Assembly (NCBI GenBank): GCA_030698495.1
Contig: JAUYKA010000017.1
Span: forward strand, 1,319 to 65,318
Source of the DNA: a bacterium
GTDB taxonomy: Bacteria > Patescibacteriota > Andersenbacteria > UBA10190
DNA: 64,000 nucleotides
Reading direction: 5' to 3'
Made by a program: the position numbers and the translations under genes. Shown here one piece after another: positions 1-8,685 of this stretch. The stretch's first letter is position 1. Every line of letters starts with the position of its first letter. The notes under the pieces are model-generated. The model was given only the letters and a program-made list of their open reading frames with translations, had not been told where the DNA came from and did not search any database.

Positions 1-314
1 AGTCCGTAACGCTTCACGTCGCCTATAACCTGCGCCAACCCTCGGCGCATTCCTTCGCTTCGTTTCGCTTCACCACTTTCAATGCCCAAACCAATCACAG
101 ACCAATACTGACTTCCCCGCGACTTCGCTAGAAACAGTAAACCACTGCCCCACTCGCCTTTGAAACCACGCTCAACCATCGATGCACGCAAAAAATCATC
201 CGTTGCCTTGGGCAAACCGGCTTTTATTTTTCTTTTTCCGTCCACCGGCACTACGTTTACTTGCGCCGGAGATAAATCTGATTTTTTATCCGTTACCAAA
301 ATAGAAACTGACAT
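1..314 (-). CDS. Partial (runs off the window edge) probable M17 leucyl aminopeptidase, N-terminal domain
   Basis: My translation from ATG at 314: MSVSILVTDKKSDLSPAQVNVVPV...ERGFKGEWGSG...SVIGLG...GMRRGLAQ, open to the window edge. The FxGxxG and vGLG...RR pattern resembles the PepA N-terminal domain. Confidence 0.55.
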   Translation of the reverse strand, partial: MSVSILVTDKKSDLSPAQVNVVPVDGKRKIKAGLPKATDDFLRASMVERGFKGEWGSGLLFLAKSRGSQYWSVIGLGIESGEAKRSEGMRRGLAQVIGDVKRYG

Positions 315-419
315 ATTTATAACAATTAAAAATCTAAGCTGCTGGTAATAAAAGCTTAAACACAGCCACCTACTATACCAAAAAAACTGCCGCTTTGCAA
401 TTGTTTACAAAACGGCAGT

Positions 420-452
420 TAATTTCCAATTTCCAGTTCTCAATTTCCAATT
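420..452. repeat. Heptamer array (AATTTCC/AATTTTC family, left-arm type)
   Basis: aatttcc-aatttcc-agttctc-aatttcc-aatt; complementary to the TGAAAAT arrays at 12055, 15540 and 18617. Confidence 0.6.
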
Positions 453-492
453 ACGCTTCCTCCCCTCTCTCACCACCAAGGCAAAGAAGGGA

Positions 493-713
493 ATAAAATT
501 TTTGGCGGGTGGCGCTCGTAGGCGCCCAACCATACCCATTTGCTTTGGGGGCCGTCTCAAGACTTGCCGGCCCGGTCCCCGCCTAATTTCGCCGCAGCGA
601 AAATTTGGCGGGGCGGCAAGGCTTGAGTCGAGCGCCGCCCGCCGCTGGGGCGGGCAAGTGTGCCGCCCGAAGTAAATGGGTATGGTTGGGACTCACCCGC
701 CAGAAATTTTTAT
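493..713 (+). ncRNA. Three-way-junction structured repeat, copy 1
   Basis: P1 cccaaccatacccatttgctttgggggc/gccgcccgaagtaaatgggtatggttggg, extended by ataaaatttttggcgggtg/cacccgccagaaatttttat. Core CGT-ctcaagacttgccg-gcccggt-ccccgcc..ggcgggg-cggcaaggcttgag-TCGAGCGCC-gcccgcc GCTG gggcgggc-AAGTGT. The repeat is certain; the RNA function is inferred. Confidence 0.65.
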
Positions 714-717
714 CACT

Positions 718-1317
718 TTATTCGCCTCCCTCAATCGGGTACGGCTTCTCCACCCACATCAAAAAATGAATATGCCCTTTACTCACCACTACCTTCCCGC
801 CCTCATCAGAAAAAACTTTTTCCAGTACTGGACGATCTACCCGACTGGCCGCCCGCCACAGCCGCTTAAGCGGTCCCACTACATATTTTTGATTATCCCC
901 GGTTACGCCAATCAAACCACCCGGCCTCACTACCCTTAACATTTCCCGTATCGCCCGCGGTACGTCATCTACATAATGCAAAACATGCGCCGCGATAACT
1001 ATATCAAAAGACGCTCGGTCAAACGGCAGCTGCTTTATATCCGCCTCTCTCACCTTCAGCCTCTGTCCGTAATCACTGCGCAAATCTTCAAACGATGTTG
1101 TCGCTCGCGCATCGGCATCAACCGCCGTCAGCTCCACTTGCGGATAGGCTTCTAAAATACGGCGCGTCGTATAACCTCGTCCCGCTCCCACTTCCAGCAC
1201 TTCCCCCCGAAACGGACTGGGGCAACGCTTCAAAAAAACAGACATATAGCGCCGCGCGTGCCACCGATGCATCCAGGTGCTATGCCACCATCTTTCAAAA
1301 ACAGTTAATTGACTCAT
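718..1317 (-). CDS. Class I SAM-dependent methyltransferase
   Basis: VLEVGAGRG motif I; LPFDRASFDIV; LHYV; RVVRPGG. Confidence 0.9.
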   Translation of the reverse strand: MSQLTVFERWWHSTWMHRWHARRYMSVFLKRCPSPFRGEVLEVGAGRGYTTRRILEAYPQVELTAVDADARATTSFEDLRSDYGQRLKVREADIKQLPFDRASFDIVIAAHVLHYVDDVPRAIREMLRVVRPGGLIGVTGDNQKYVVGPLKRLWRAASRVDRPVLEKVFSDEGGKVVVSKGHIHFLMWVEKPYPIEGGE

Positions 1318-1469
1318 GCCCTAACAATACCACACGCCATACAGCTAAAACCACAATCTTAGAAAAAATCCTTAACTGAACCCGAATAACAAACAAGATA
1401 AAATAACAAAGAAACCCTTCGGCCAAGAGACTCAAGACCAAAGAAGTTCCTTTTATTCAATTGTACTAA

Positions 1470-1679
1470 CTACATCGACGGACTACCGACAGTCTGTTTA
1501 TCCCCGGCAAACATTACCAAGGCCACTATCACCGACAAAACACCAACCACAATTTGGATCCAGGGTGTTCCGCCCGTCAAGTTAGCCAAGCCCGTATAAA
1601 CAGCCGGAATTAGATGGACTAATCCACCTACCAGAAGTAAAACAGCCGCCCATAATTGCAAACTTTTGCTTTTTGCCAT
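1470..1679 (-). CDS. Small two-TM membrane protein
   Basis: AAGGAGGTG RBS upstream of ATG 1679 (MAKSKSLQLWAAVLLL...); two hydrophobic segments. Confidence 0.7.
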   Translation of the reverse strand: MAKSKSLQLWAAVLLLVGGLVHLIPAVYTGLANLTGGTPWIQIVVGVLSVIVALVMFAGDKQTVGSPSM

Positions 1680-1777
1680 CTCGCTGCTCACCTCCTTCAC
1701 ACTCTTTTATAGTCAAGTTACCTCTTTATTATAGTACACTCCTACCTAAAAAGAAACGCAGGTATTACCACTTACAT

Positions 1778-1812
1778 AATAAACGGCTCAAGCGTACGCT
1801 TGAGCCGTTTAT
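1778..1812. terminator. Perfect palindrome, possible bidirectional terminator
   Basis: ataaacggctcaagcgtacgcttgagccgtttat; a related hairpin aaacgactcaagcc..tgagccgtttt lies at 40571-40600. Confidence 0.5.
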
Positions 1813-1908
1813 CTTTACCCTTTTTAACCCCGCAACTGCGTTGGGCGCTCATGCTCGCGCATACCGTGAGCCGAAGTTTAGGAATCTAGTGTATTTAGGA
1901 AGATTTGG

Positions 1909-2078
1909 CTGGCAGGTGATGCTCGCGGCTCCTGTGCATGAGCGACCGTCTCAAGGCTTGCCGGCCAGGTCTCCGCTCGCAAGCGGAGCGGCAAGCCCTT
2001 GAGTCGAGCGCCGCCCGCCGCTGGGGCGGGCAAGTGTGTCGCTCATGTATAGGTGCCGCGAAAAGCATCACCTGCTGG
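1909..2078 (+). ncRNA. Three-way-junction structured repeat, copy 2
   Basis: P1 ggcaggtgatgct.cgcggctcctgtgcatgagcgac/gtcgctcatgtataggtgccgcg..agcatcacctgct with G-U pairs; same core as copy 1, with apical hairpin ctccgct-cgca-agcggag. Confidence 0.65.
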
Positions 2079-2095
2079 AGCAAAAACACGTCAAT

Positions 2096-2124
2096 AGATT
2101 GCCCGGTCAAGCCGGGCAATGACA
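2096..2124. repeat. REP-like palindrome (GTCATT..GGAATC / GATT..AATGAC family)
   Basis: agattgcccggtcaagccgggcaatgaca; relatives at 8648, 40370-40453 and 51085-51148. Confidence 0.7.
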
Positions 2125-2129
2125 TTTTA

Positions 2130-4583
2130 CTACAGCGAGCACAGCGCCCAGCCGCAGTTCGGACAACTCGTGCATCCCTCCGCCGGCTGCAACTTACTAT
2201 CACACTCCGGACATATACCCGCTTCAATCTTCTCCCGCGCAATCGTCGCCGCTGACTTCTCTCCCACCGCCACTCTTTCCCTTACCGCCACTCTCCCGCC
2301 ACCCACCACTGCTTGCACCTGACTTGTTTCCCGCCGCATCTGATAAACCGGCTCCGGCTTCCTCTCCGGCGCCCTCACCGGCCAAGAAGTTCTCACAGGA
2401 GGAGGTACCGGCCGAACCGGTGCGACTGCCTTCTCCGGCGTTTTTACCGGCTCCACTACCTGCTTTGGTAATTCCTTTGTCTTTGTTTTATCTTTCTTAT
2501 TCAGATTAAGCACCTGCACTTCCCGACTCCCGTCGCGATAAACCGTCAACCCTTTACACCCCATCTTCCAAGCCATGAGATACCCCTGACGCACATCATC
2601 ATGGGTGGCATCGTAAGTGAAATTACATGTTTTGGAAATGGAATTATCGACATGTTTCTGGAATGAAGCCTGCATGCGAATATGATCTTCCGCCTTTATA
2701 TCCATCGCCGTCACAAACACCCGCTTAACCTCCGCCGGAATCTCATCGATGTTCTGCAGCGACCCTTCTTCAATAATCCTCTCTACCAACTGTTCATTAT
2801 ACAATCCCCTCGCCTTAAGCTCTTCCTCCAAATACTTATTCACGTAATTCAAACTGACATTGCCGCCCAGAATTCCTTTGTAGTGATATGCTAAAGCGAA
2901 GAATGGCTCCACACCGCCGGACGCGTCCAGCATCATCGATATTGTTCCCGTCGGCGCTACCGTTGTCAGCGCCGCGTTGCGCATTTTCAAACCACGATCG
3001 GCATAAACCGACATCTGCCAATTTTGAAAAATGCCTTTTTCTTCCGCCAATGCCTGGCTGGTTTTATGGGATTCCTCCTGAATAATACTCATCGCCCGCT
3101 CCGCCATGGCAAAACCCTCTTCCGTGTTGTAGCCGATCTTTAATTGGTAAAGCAGGTCGGCAAACCCCATCACCCCCAACCCCACGCGCCGATTGCCCGT
3201 GGCCATGCGCTGTACCCGCTCCACAGAAAAGCCGTAAATATCAATCACATTGTCCAGCATGCGCGTTGCCACCGCCGTCACTTCCCGCAAACGCTGCTCA
3301 TTCAAACGCCCGTCTTGCGCAAACTGTGCCAGATTAATCGAACCCAAATTGCACACGTCGCCGTCATGCAGAAATTGCTCGCCGCACGGGTTGCACGTTT
3401 CAATTCTGCCCAGCCCCGGCACCGGATTAGTGCGATTCACCTCGTCCAAAAACACCGCGCCCGGCTCTCCGTTATTCCATGCCGCTGAAATAATCTCGTC
3501 AAACAGCTCCCTGGCCGTCATCTTCTCTTCGATAATTTCTTCTACCACTCCCCGCGAATTTCGTCGTACCCGCCGCGGATACATAGGGGTATCCTTCCAT
3601 TGGCACATCCATGGTGTCTTATCATCCTTATCCACCGCCCGCATAAATTCATCCGTTAAACCCACAGAAATATTAAAGTTTACTATCGAACCTTCTTTTT
3701 CCTTGCAATGCAGAAAATCCAAAATATCCGGATGATCCACACGCATCACTGCCATATTGGCGCCATGCCTGTTCTGCTGTTGAATAATACCGAATGCCGT
3801 GTTGTAAACTTGTAAAAACGATACCGGACCGGACGAACGCCCCTGCGTTCTCTTGGCCTGCAGTCCGGCCGGCCGCAACAAATGAAACGCAAAACCCAAA
3901 CCCGACCCCTGCTGCTGCAATAATGTCGCCTCTTTTAGAGTTTCGAAAATGCCTTCCATGCTATCCTCAAACGACAACACGATACAGCTAGCTACAATCG
4001 GCGTTTTGGCTCCGGCATTGGTAATAGTCCGGCCGGCCGGTGTAAATTCGAACCGACTTAAAACCTCATAAAACTTATCTGTCCACTCTTCTATTTCCTC
4101 GCCGCTTTTACCATAGTTTTTTTCCACTTCCGCCAACGTGGCCGCTACTCGCCGGAACATTTGTTCCGGTGTTTCCACCGGGTTGCCGTCATCGTCCTGC
4201 TGTAAATACCGCTTGGCTACCACTTTCAAAGCGTTCAGCGAAAATGGCAGCTTGGTTGTCCGTCCGTTCAAAATATTTCTCTGCGCCTCGCGCACCCGCC
4301 GGTGTTCTTCACGGTACAAAATATAAGCCTTGGCCGTGCGCGCCAAACCTTCTTCGATTAAACTAATTTCCACTAAATCCTGAACCTGCTCAACATCAGG
4401 TACAAAAGACTCGCTATCCTTCGATATTTTCTCTAAACGTTCCAGCACCATTTGTCCTAACCGTTTTGCCACAGCACTGTCACCCTCGCCGGTTGAAGCC
4501 AACGCTTTCGTTACAGCTAAGTTTATTTTTTTGGGAGAAAACGCGACCACGCTTCCGTCCCTTTTGCGTATTTCTGTTAACAT
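2130..4583 (-). CDS. nrdJ: Adenosylcobalamin-dependent (class II) ribonucleotide reductase with N-terminal ATP cone and C-terminal Zn ribbon
   Basis: ATP cone IRKRDGSVVAF; TCNPCGEQ active site; VCNLGSINL; NRRVGLGVMG; TTVAPTGTIS; KGLTVYRDGSR; C-terminal CPEC..EGCTSCPNCGWALC. No nrdB partner nearby. Confidence 0.92.
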   Translation of the reverse strand: MLTEIRKRDGSVVAFSPKKINLAVTKALASTGEGDSAVAKRLGQMVLERLEKISKDSESFVPDVEQVQDLVEISLIEEGLARTAKAYILYREEHRRVREAQRNILNGRTTKLPFSLNALKVVAKRYLQQDDDGNPVETPEQMFRRVAATLAEVEKNYGKSGEEIEEWTDKFYEVLSRFEFTPAGRTITNAGAKTPIVASCIVLSFEDSMEGIFETLKEATLLQQQGSGLGFAFHLLRPAGLQAKRTQGRSSGPVSFLQVYNTAFGIIQQQNRHGANMAVMRVDHPDILDFLHCKEKEGSIVNFNISVGLTDEFMRAVDKDDKTPWMCQWKDTPMYPRRVRRNSRGVVEEIIEEKMTARELFDEIISAAWNNGEPGAVFLDEVNRTNPVPGLGRIETCNPCGEQFLHDGDVCNLGSINLAQFAQDGRLNEQRLREVTAVATRMLDNVIDIYGFSVERVQRMATGNRRVGLGVMGFADLLYQLKIGYNTEEGFAMAERAMSIIQEESHKTSQALAEEKGIFQNWQMSVYADRGLKMRNAALTTVAPTGTISMMLDASGGVEPFFALAYHYKGILGGNVSLNYVNKYLEEELKARGLYNEQLVERIIEEGSLQNIDEIPAEVKRVFVTAMDIKAEDHIRMQASFQKHVDNSISKTCNFTYDATHDDVRQGYLMAWKMGCKGLTVYRDGSREVQVLNLNKKDKTKTKELPKQVVEPVKTPEKAVAPVRPVPPPVRTSWPVRAPERKPEPVYQMRRETSQVQAVVGGGRVAVRERVAVGEKSAATIAREKIEAGICPECDSKLQPAEGCTSCPNCGWALCSL

Positions 4584-4865
4584 ATCGTTAAACAAAAATG
4601 AAGGATAAAAAGGCCTTTGGCCGATATAATAACCGCCGGCTCACTGTACCGATGGTCCGTCCTAGACTTATCTACTATACAAAATTATAGCGCATACGAA
4701 AAGAAAGAGTACATTAGGTGTAGAAAGACGGGATACAAAAAAAGAACATACTAAATAACTGCTCTACACGGATAAAATCTACCGCCCAAAACAACTCCTG
4801 CACCAAAACTAAAACCGCCGACCGGCTTTTCCGCCCGACAGACTTTTCCACACCCCCCCTATCTT

Positions 4866-5885
4866 CTATTCAATAAAAGAATTGCGCGCCGCCTCCCAGA
4901 AAGCCGGCTCGTTATTTATCTCTTTTTCCCAATACCAATACTCGACCCCCCACCAGTAAGCTTCCGGCAATTGGCTGCGCCGCGCGAAGCGTTCCAGCTC
5001 CATTAAACGACCCAGTGACAAAGAAGCACGCCTCTCTTCTTGACTCATCTCCACAAAAGGACGAGCTCCCCATGGCTCTCCCTGCAACTCCGATATCAAT
5101 ACCGGCTTTCCCCTGACCAGCCCAACCAGTCTCGCCTTAGCCCGATAAATCCACGCGGGAAAAAGATAATCATAACTAAACAACTTATCGGTGCGCCCCG
5201 ACCACACCGTCCGGTACATCGTTGCCCCCAGCACGTCTCCGTAACGAGATACGGGCAGCCACGAATTAAGCTCACCCGAATCGGTCACCATAATTGGATG
5301 ACTATCCAATGAACGGACCAACGCTTCTTCCTGCGCCAAAAAATTCCTGTCCTCCGGCGGGCACCCGCCGAAATCCAACAGCGGCTCGTTTTCCAACTGC
5401 CACATCTTCAGCGCCGGGCTATCCTTATATCGCGCTACTACTACCGACAGCATATTCAACACCGCCGCCTGCTGTTCTGTTTCCGGCAATTTTTCCGCCC
5501 AAGACGGTACATGGCATTCGGGCCAACGTGGCTGTTTTCTCCCAATCGTTAATATCACGCTCGCCCCATGCTTCGCCGCCTCATCCATCTGATAATCCAG
5601 CGCAATAAAATCATATTTTCCTTCATTCGGCTCAATCACACTCCAATAGCTATCCAGCCGCAAGCGCTTCACTTTTAAATCATCCAATACCGCCAGATAC
5701 GACTGACGCCAATCAAGTCCCAATCCCGCCGCATGCTGCGCGTCAAACGACGCCCCGAAAACCGTCGGCCGCGTTTTCCAGGACGGTACGGCCAGCAACA
5801 CCCCCGCCAACACCACGACCGCCATGGCAATTGATACCGATCCGACCAACCAACGAACCACCCGATTGCCTCTTTTCTTTTTCAT
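4866..5885 (-). CDS. Membrane-anchored clan GH-A glycoside hydrolase (GH5/GH42-like)
   Basis: N-terminal TM; YWSVIEPNEGKYDF; WQLENEP acid/base; ISELQGEPW nucleophile region. Confidence 0.75.
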   Translation of the reverse strand: MKKKRGNRVVRWLVGSVSIAMAVVVLAGVLLAVPSWKTRPTVFGASFDAQHAAGLGLDWRQSYLAVLDDLKVKRLRLDSYWSVIEPNEGKYDFIALDYQMDEAAKHGASVILTIGRKQPRWPECHVPSWAEKLPETEQQAAVLNMLSVVVARYKDSPALKMWQLENEPLLDFGGCPPEDRNFLAQEEALVRSLDSHPIMVTDSGELNSWLPVSRYGDVLGATMYRTVWSGRTDKLFSYDYLFPAWIYRAKARLVGLVRGKPVLISELQGEPWGARPFVEMSQEERRASLSLGRLMELERFARRSQLPEAYWWGVEYWYWEKEINNEPAFWEAARNSFIE

Positions 5886-6796
5886 ACCAACAAAGCCAGC
5901 CCGCAGCCAACTAGGGCAATTCCAATCGCTTTCTGCCCCAAAACCACTCGCCCCATCTCTTCCTTAAAAAACCCGGGCCACCACACCGAAACCGCCGCCG
6001 CCAAAATCAGTAAGAATACATATTGCGTTCCTTGCAGCGCATTAACTACCGTTACACTACCTAAACTGATAGCATAGCTCTGTAACAAAAACGCACCCGC
6101 CGCCAACACTTTATTACCGACAAACACCGACCCTATCCCCACTGATACACTCTTCTTCCGTCGCTTTAACTTCTTTTCCTTCGGCAATAAATATATTATC
6201 GGCCCCAGAACAACCAGCGCCAGCAGACCCTCAACAATCCGGCTGTAAGCAAAAGCCGCTAAAAACGACTGGCCGGAAAAATCATAGATATATTTTGCTA
6301 AAGAAAAATACGCCGCGAACAATGCTCCGCTCAACAAAATAATTACCAGTAATTTGCCTCGCACTTTTTTAAACTGATCCACCCGCACCGACAAAACCGC
6401 GCCGCCGACAATCAACGCCGCCACCCCCGCCAGCTGCCACGCCGACCACCTCTCCCCTAATACCACTCCGGCAAAAATCAATGTAAACAGAGGCACCGCC
6501 GAACCGACAATCGGCACCACCCGGGACGGCTCGCCCTTCTTCAAAACGGTGAAAAAAAGCCATAGCGCCGCCAAGTGGCACAACCCCGCTATCACCGACC
6601 AGTAAATCAAAAACGCACTAGGCCAAACCGGAGCCCACGGCAATATCACCACCGCGGCCGCCGCGAACAACCCGGAGAAAAAAGCGTATCGCACCGGCCG
6701 TCCCAACACGCTTTTCCCTGTTAGTAAACTTTTATCCACCACAAACACCAACGCGTTCGCCACATGAGCCCCCAGCGCCAAAAACAACCATGTCAT
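5882..6796 (-). CDS. EamA/DMT family transporter
   Basis: About 10 TM segments; GEPSRVVP..LGE motif. Confidence 0.8.
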   Translation of the reverse strand: MTWLFLALGAHVANALVFVVDKSLLTGKSVLGRPVRYAFFSGLFAAAAVVILPWAPVWPSAFLIYWSVIAGLCHLAALWLFFTVLKKGEPSRVVPIVGSAVPLFTLIFAGVVLGERWSAWQLAGVAALIVGGAVLSVRVDQFKKVRGKLLVIILLSGALFAAYFSLAKYIYDFSGQSFLAAFAYSRIVEGLLALVVLGPIIYLLPKEKKLKRRKKSVSVGIGSVFVGNKVLAAGAFLLQSYAISLGSVTVVNALQGTQYVFLLILAAAVSVWWPGFFKEEMGRVVLGQKAIGIALVGCGLALLV

Positions 6797-6842
6797 CTTT
6801 TAATAGTAGCGCAAAAATCGCCAGTCGTCGTCACCTCTACCC

Positions 6843-6865
6843 TGTACCACCTGCGAGGTGGTACA
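6843..6865. repeat. Short palindrome family TGTACCACCT-N3-AGGTGGTACA
   Basis: tgtaccacctgcgaggtggtaca; a second copy tgtaccacctacgagatggtaca is at 42477-42499. Confidence 0.65.
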
Positions 6866-6925
6866 ACACCAGCTCGTTTCGTCAATCTTCGACGCGGCTA
6901 AATACGAGATACAAAATACCAAATA

Positions 6926-8107
6926 CTATTTCCTTGCCTGTTCAATAATCGCCTTGTACACATAGGCACTCGGCCGCGGCTTCCGCGCCATAGTCTCATA
7001 ATTCACCTCCACCAACCCGAACCGCGGCTTAAACCCTTCGATCCACTCAAAATTATCAAGCAGCGACCAGTGTAAATATCCGCGCACATCCGCGCCTCCC
7101 TCTTGCGCCCGCTCTATCGCCCGCAAATGATCTCTGATAAAATCCGCCCGCCGGCTGTCATCTGCGTCCGCCAATCCGTTCTCCGTGATATAAATCGGCA
7201 GCCGATATCTTTTCATATACGACAAGATATGCGTTAACCCCTCCGCCTTAATCGGCCAACCCAAATCTGACTGCAAACCCGATACCGGCATCTGCTCCAC
7301 TCGCAACGGCATAATTTTCACCCCGAGCTTGCGCGGAAAATAGTAGTTTAGACCGATAAAATCGTGCGTCCCTTTCGTCAAACCGAAAAAACGATGGTTG
7401 TACCACCAATCATTCAATCCCGCCGCCAGTTTATCCCCCACCTTGCGTTCACTATCCGGGCTAAAAGCAATTACGCTGTTAGCTATCCCCACTTTTGCCT
7501 GCGGCTTAACACGATGAATATTCTCATAAGCCAGCCGATGCCCGTAAGCCATATGACGAATAACTTTTAGCGTCGCCCGCAAACTATGCCTTTGCGGCGG
7601 CCAGCAAGCTCGCCAGTAACTTTGCGTCACGTACACCATCGGCTCGTTAATCGTCACCCAAAAATCAATCAAGTCACCGAGGTGTTCCGCGACCATCTCG
7701 GCATAGCGCGCAAACAACCGCGGCGTCTCTTTATTCTCCCACCCGCCCCGCTTGGATAGCCACATCGGATTCGTAAAATGATGCAAAGTCACAAAAGAAG
7801 CCAGACCGTTTTCCCGCAAACATTCCAGCACTTCCCGATAATGATCAATCGCCCCTTCGTTCCACTGCCCCTCCTTCAACTCCAACCTGCTCCATTCTAA
7901 AGACAACCGGTGCGCATTATGTCCCAGCTCGCGCGCCAAAGCAAAATCTTCCCGGAAGAGTCTATAGTGATCATCCGCCGCCCCGGACTTAACCGCCCCG
8001 GGAGTTTTCTGCTCCCACTGCCACCAATCATTATGGATATTATTTCCCTCTACCTGGTGGGCGCTCGTCGCCGCTCCCCATAGAAAAGAAGCGGGTTCGC
8101 GAATCAT
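6926..8107 (-). CDS. Glycoside hydrolase family 1 (beta-glucosidase)
   Basis: FLWGAATSAHQVEG, TINEP, IYITENG, WSLLDNFEW. Confidence 0.95.
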   Translation of the reverse strand: MIREPASFLWGAATSAHQVEGNNIHNDWWQWEQKTPGAVKSGAADDHYRLFREDFALARELGHNAHRLSLEWSRLELKEGQWNEGAIDHYREVLECLRENGLASFVTLHHFTNPMWLSKRGGWENKETPRLFARYAEMVAEHLGDLIDFWVTINEPMVYVTQSYWRACWPPQRHSLRATLKVIRHMAYGHRLAYENIHRVKPQAKVGIANSVIAFSPDSERKVGDKLAAGLNDWWYNHRFFGLTKGTHDFIGLNYYFPRKLGVKIMPLRVEQMPVSGLQSDLGWPIKAEGLTHILSYMKRYRLPIYITENGLADADDSRRADFIRDHLRAIERAQEGGADVRGYLHWSLLDNFEWIEGFKPRFGLVEVNYETMARKPRPSAYVYKAIIEQARK

Positions 8108-8322
8108 TTGTCCTCGTCCTTACCCGATGCGTCCCGGCCGCTCCACCACAACACCGCCACTAATAGCAAAAAAAGCAAATAGGGCGCGACTTGCCATCGC
8201 GCATCCGCCAACTCGTTACGCAAAACTGCCGGCACCACAAAATTCCGGTAAGCCGCCAAGCCCAATACCACCGTCAATAAAAATATTCCTGCTAGCCACC
8301 GCCGCAAACTCTTATCATCCAT
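8104..8322 (-). CDS. Small two-TM membrane protein
   Basis: Two hydrophobic helices; stop overlaps the GH1 start (ATGA). Confidence 0.7.
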   Translation of the reverse strand: MDDKSLRRWLAGIFLLTVVLGLAAYRNFVVPAVLRNELADARWQVAPYLLFLLLVAVLWWSGRDASGKDEDK

Positions 8323-8377
8323 AAACCCATTATATCAAAACAATCACCTGAAGTCCCTACCCCCATATCACTCCTTA

Positions 8378-8412
8378 ACACCTATGTCCACACTCGGTGT
8401 GGACATAGGTGT
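8378..8412. repeat. Perfect 16-bp-arm palindrome
   Basis: acacctatgtccacac-tcg-gtgtggacataggtgt. Confidence 0.75.
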
Positions 8413-8465
8413 TTTTATTGATACAAATAAGTCAGAATACTTTTTCACACCGCAGGGACTTACAC

Positions 8466-8630
8466 GGCGGGCGGCGGCACGGCATCTACTCTTGGCAGCC
8501 GTCTAAAAGCCTGCCGGCATGGTCTCCGCCTCAAAGGGCGGAGCGGCAGGCTTTTAGTCGAGCGCAGCCCCGTCGCTGGACGGGGCAAGTGTGCTGTCCA
8601 AGAGTAGGTGCCGTGGCACCGACGCTCGCC
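8466..8630 (+). ncRNA. Three-way-junction structured repeat, copy 3
   Basis: P1 cacggcatctactcttggcagc/gctgtccaagagtaggtgccgtg; P2 ctaaaagcctgccg/cggcaggcttttag; P3 gccccgtc GCTG gacggggc. Confidence 0.65.
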
Positions 8631-8647
8631 ATAGCAAATATTACTTA

Positions 8648-8677
8648 TGGATTCCCCGATCAAGTCGGGGAACGACA
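8648..8677. repeat. REP-like palindrome
   Basis: ggattccccgatcaagtcggggaacgaca, same family as 2096. Confidence 0.7.
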
Positions 8678-8685
8678 CTGCTTTC

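Noticed and set aside
553-662. Hammerhead ribozyme interpretation of the three-way junction
   Set aside because: No CUGANGA or GAAA core on either strand.
1895-2255. ORFs 1895-2242, 1938-2255, 8409-8771, 8460-8678, 10770-11309 and 11078-11260 sharing peptides such as RLKACRP
   Set aside because: They are translations of the GC-rich repeat in various frames, with no consistent start, stop or RBS.
4596-4865. Cobalamin riboswitch or NrdR boxes upstream of nrdJ
   Set aside because: I could not identify a B12-box or a convincing tandem NrdR palindrome.
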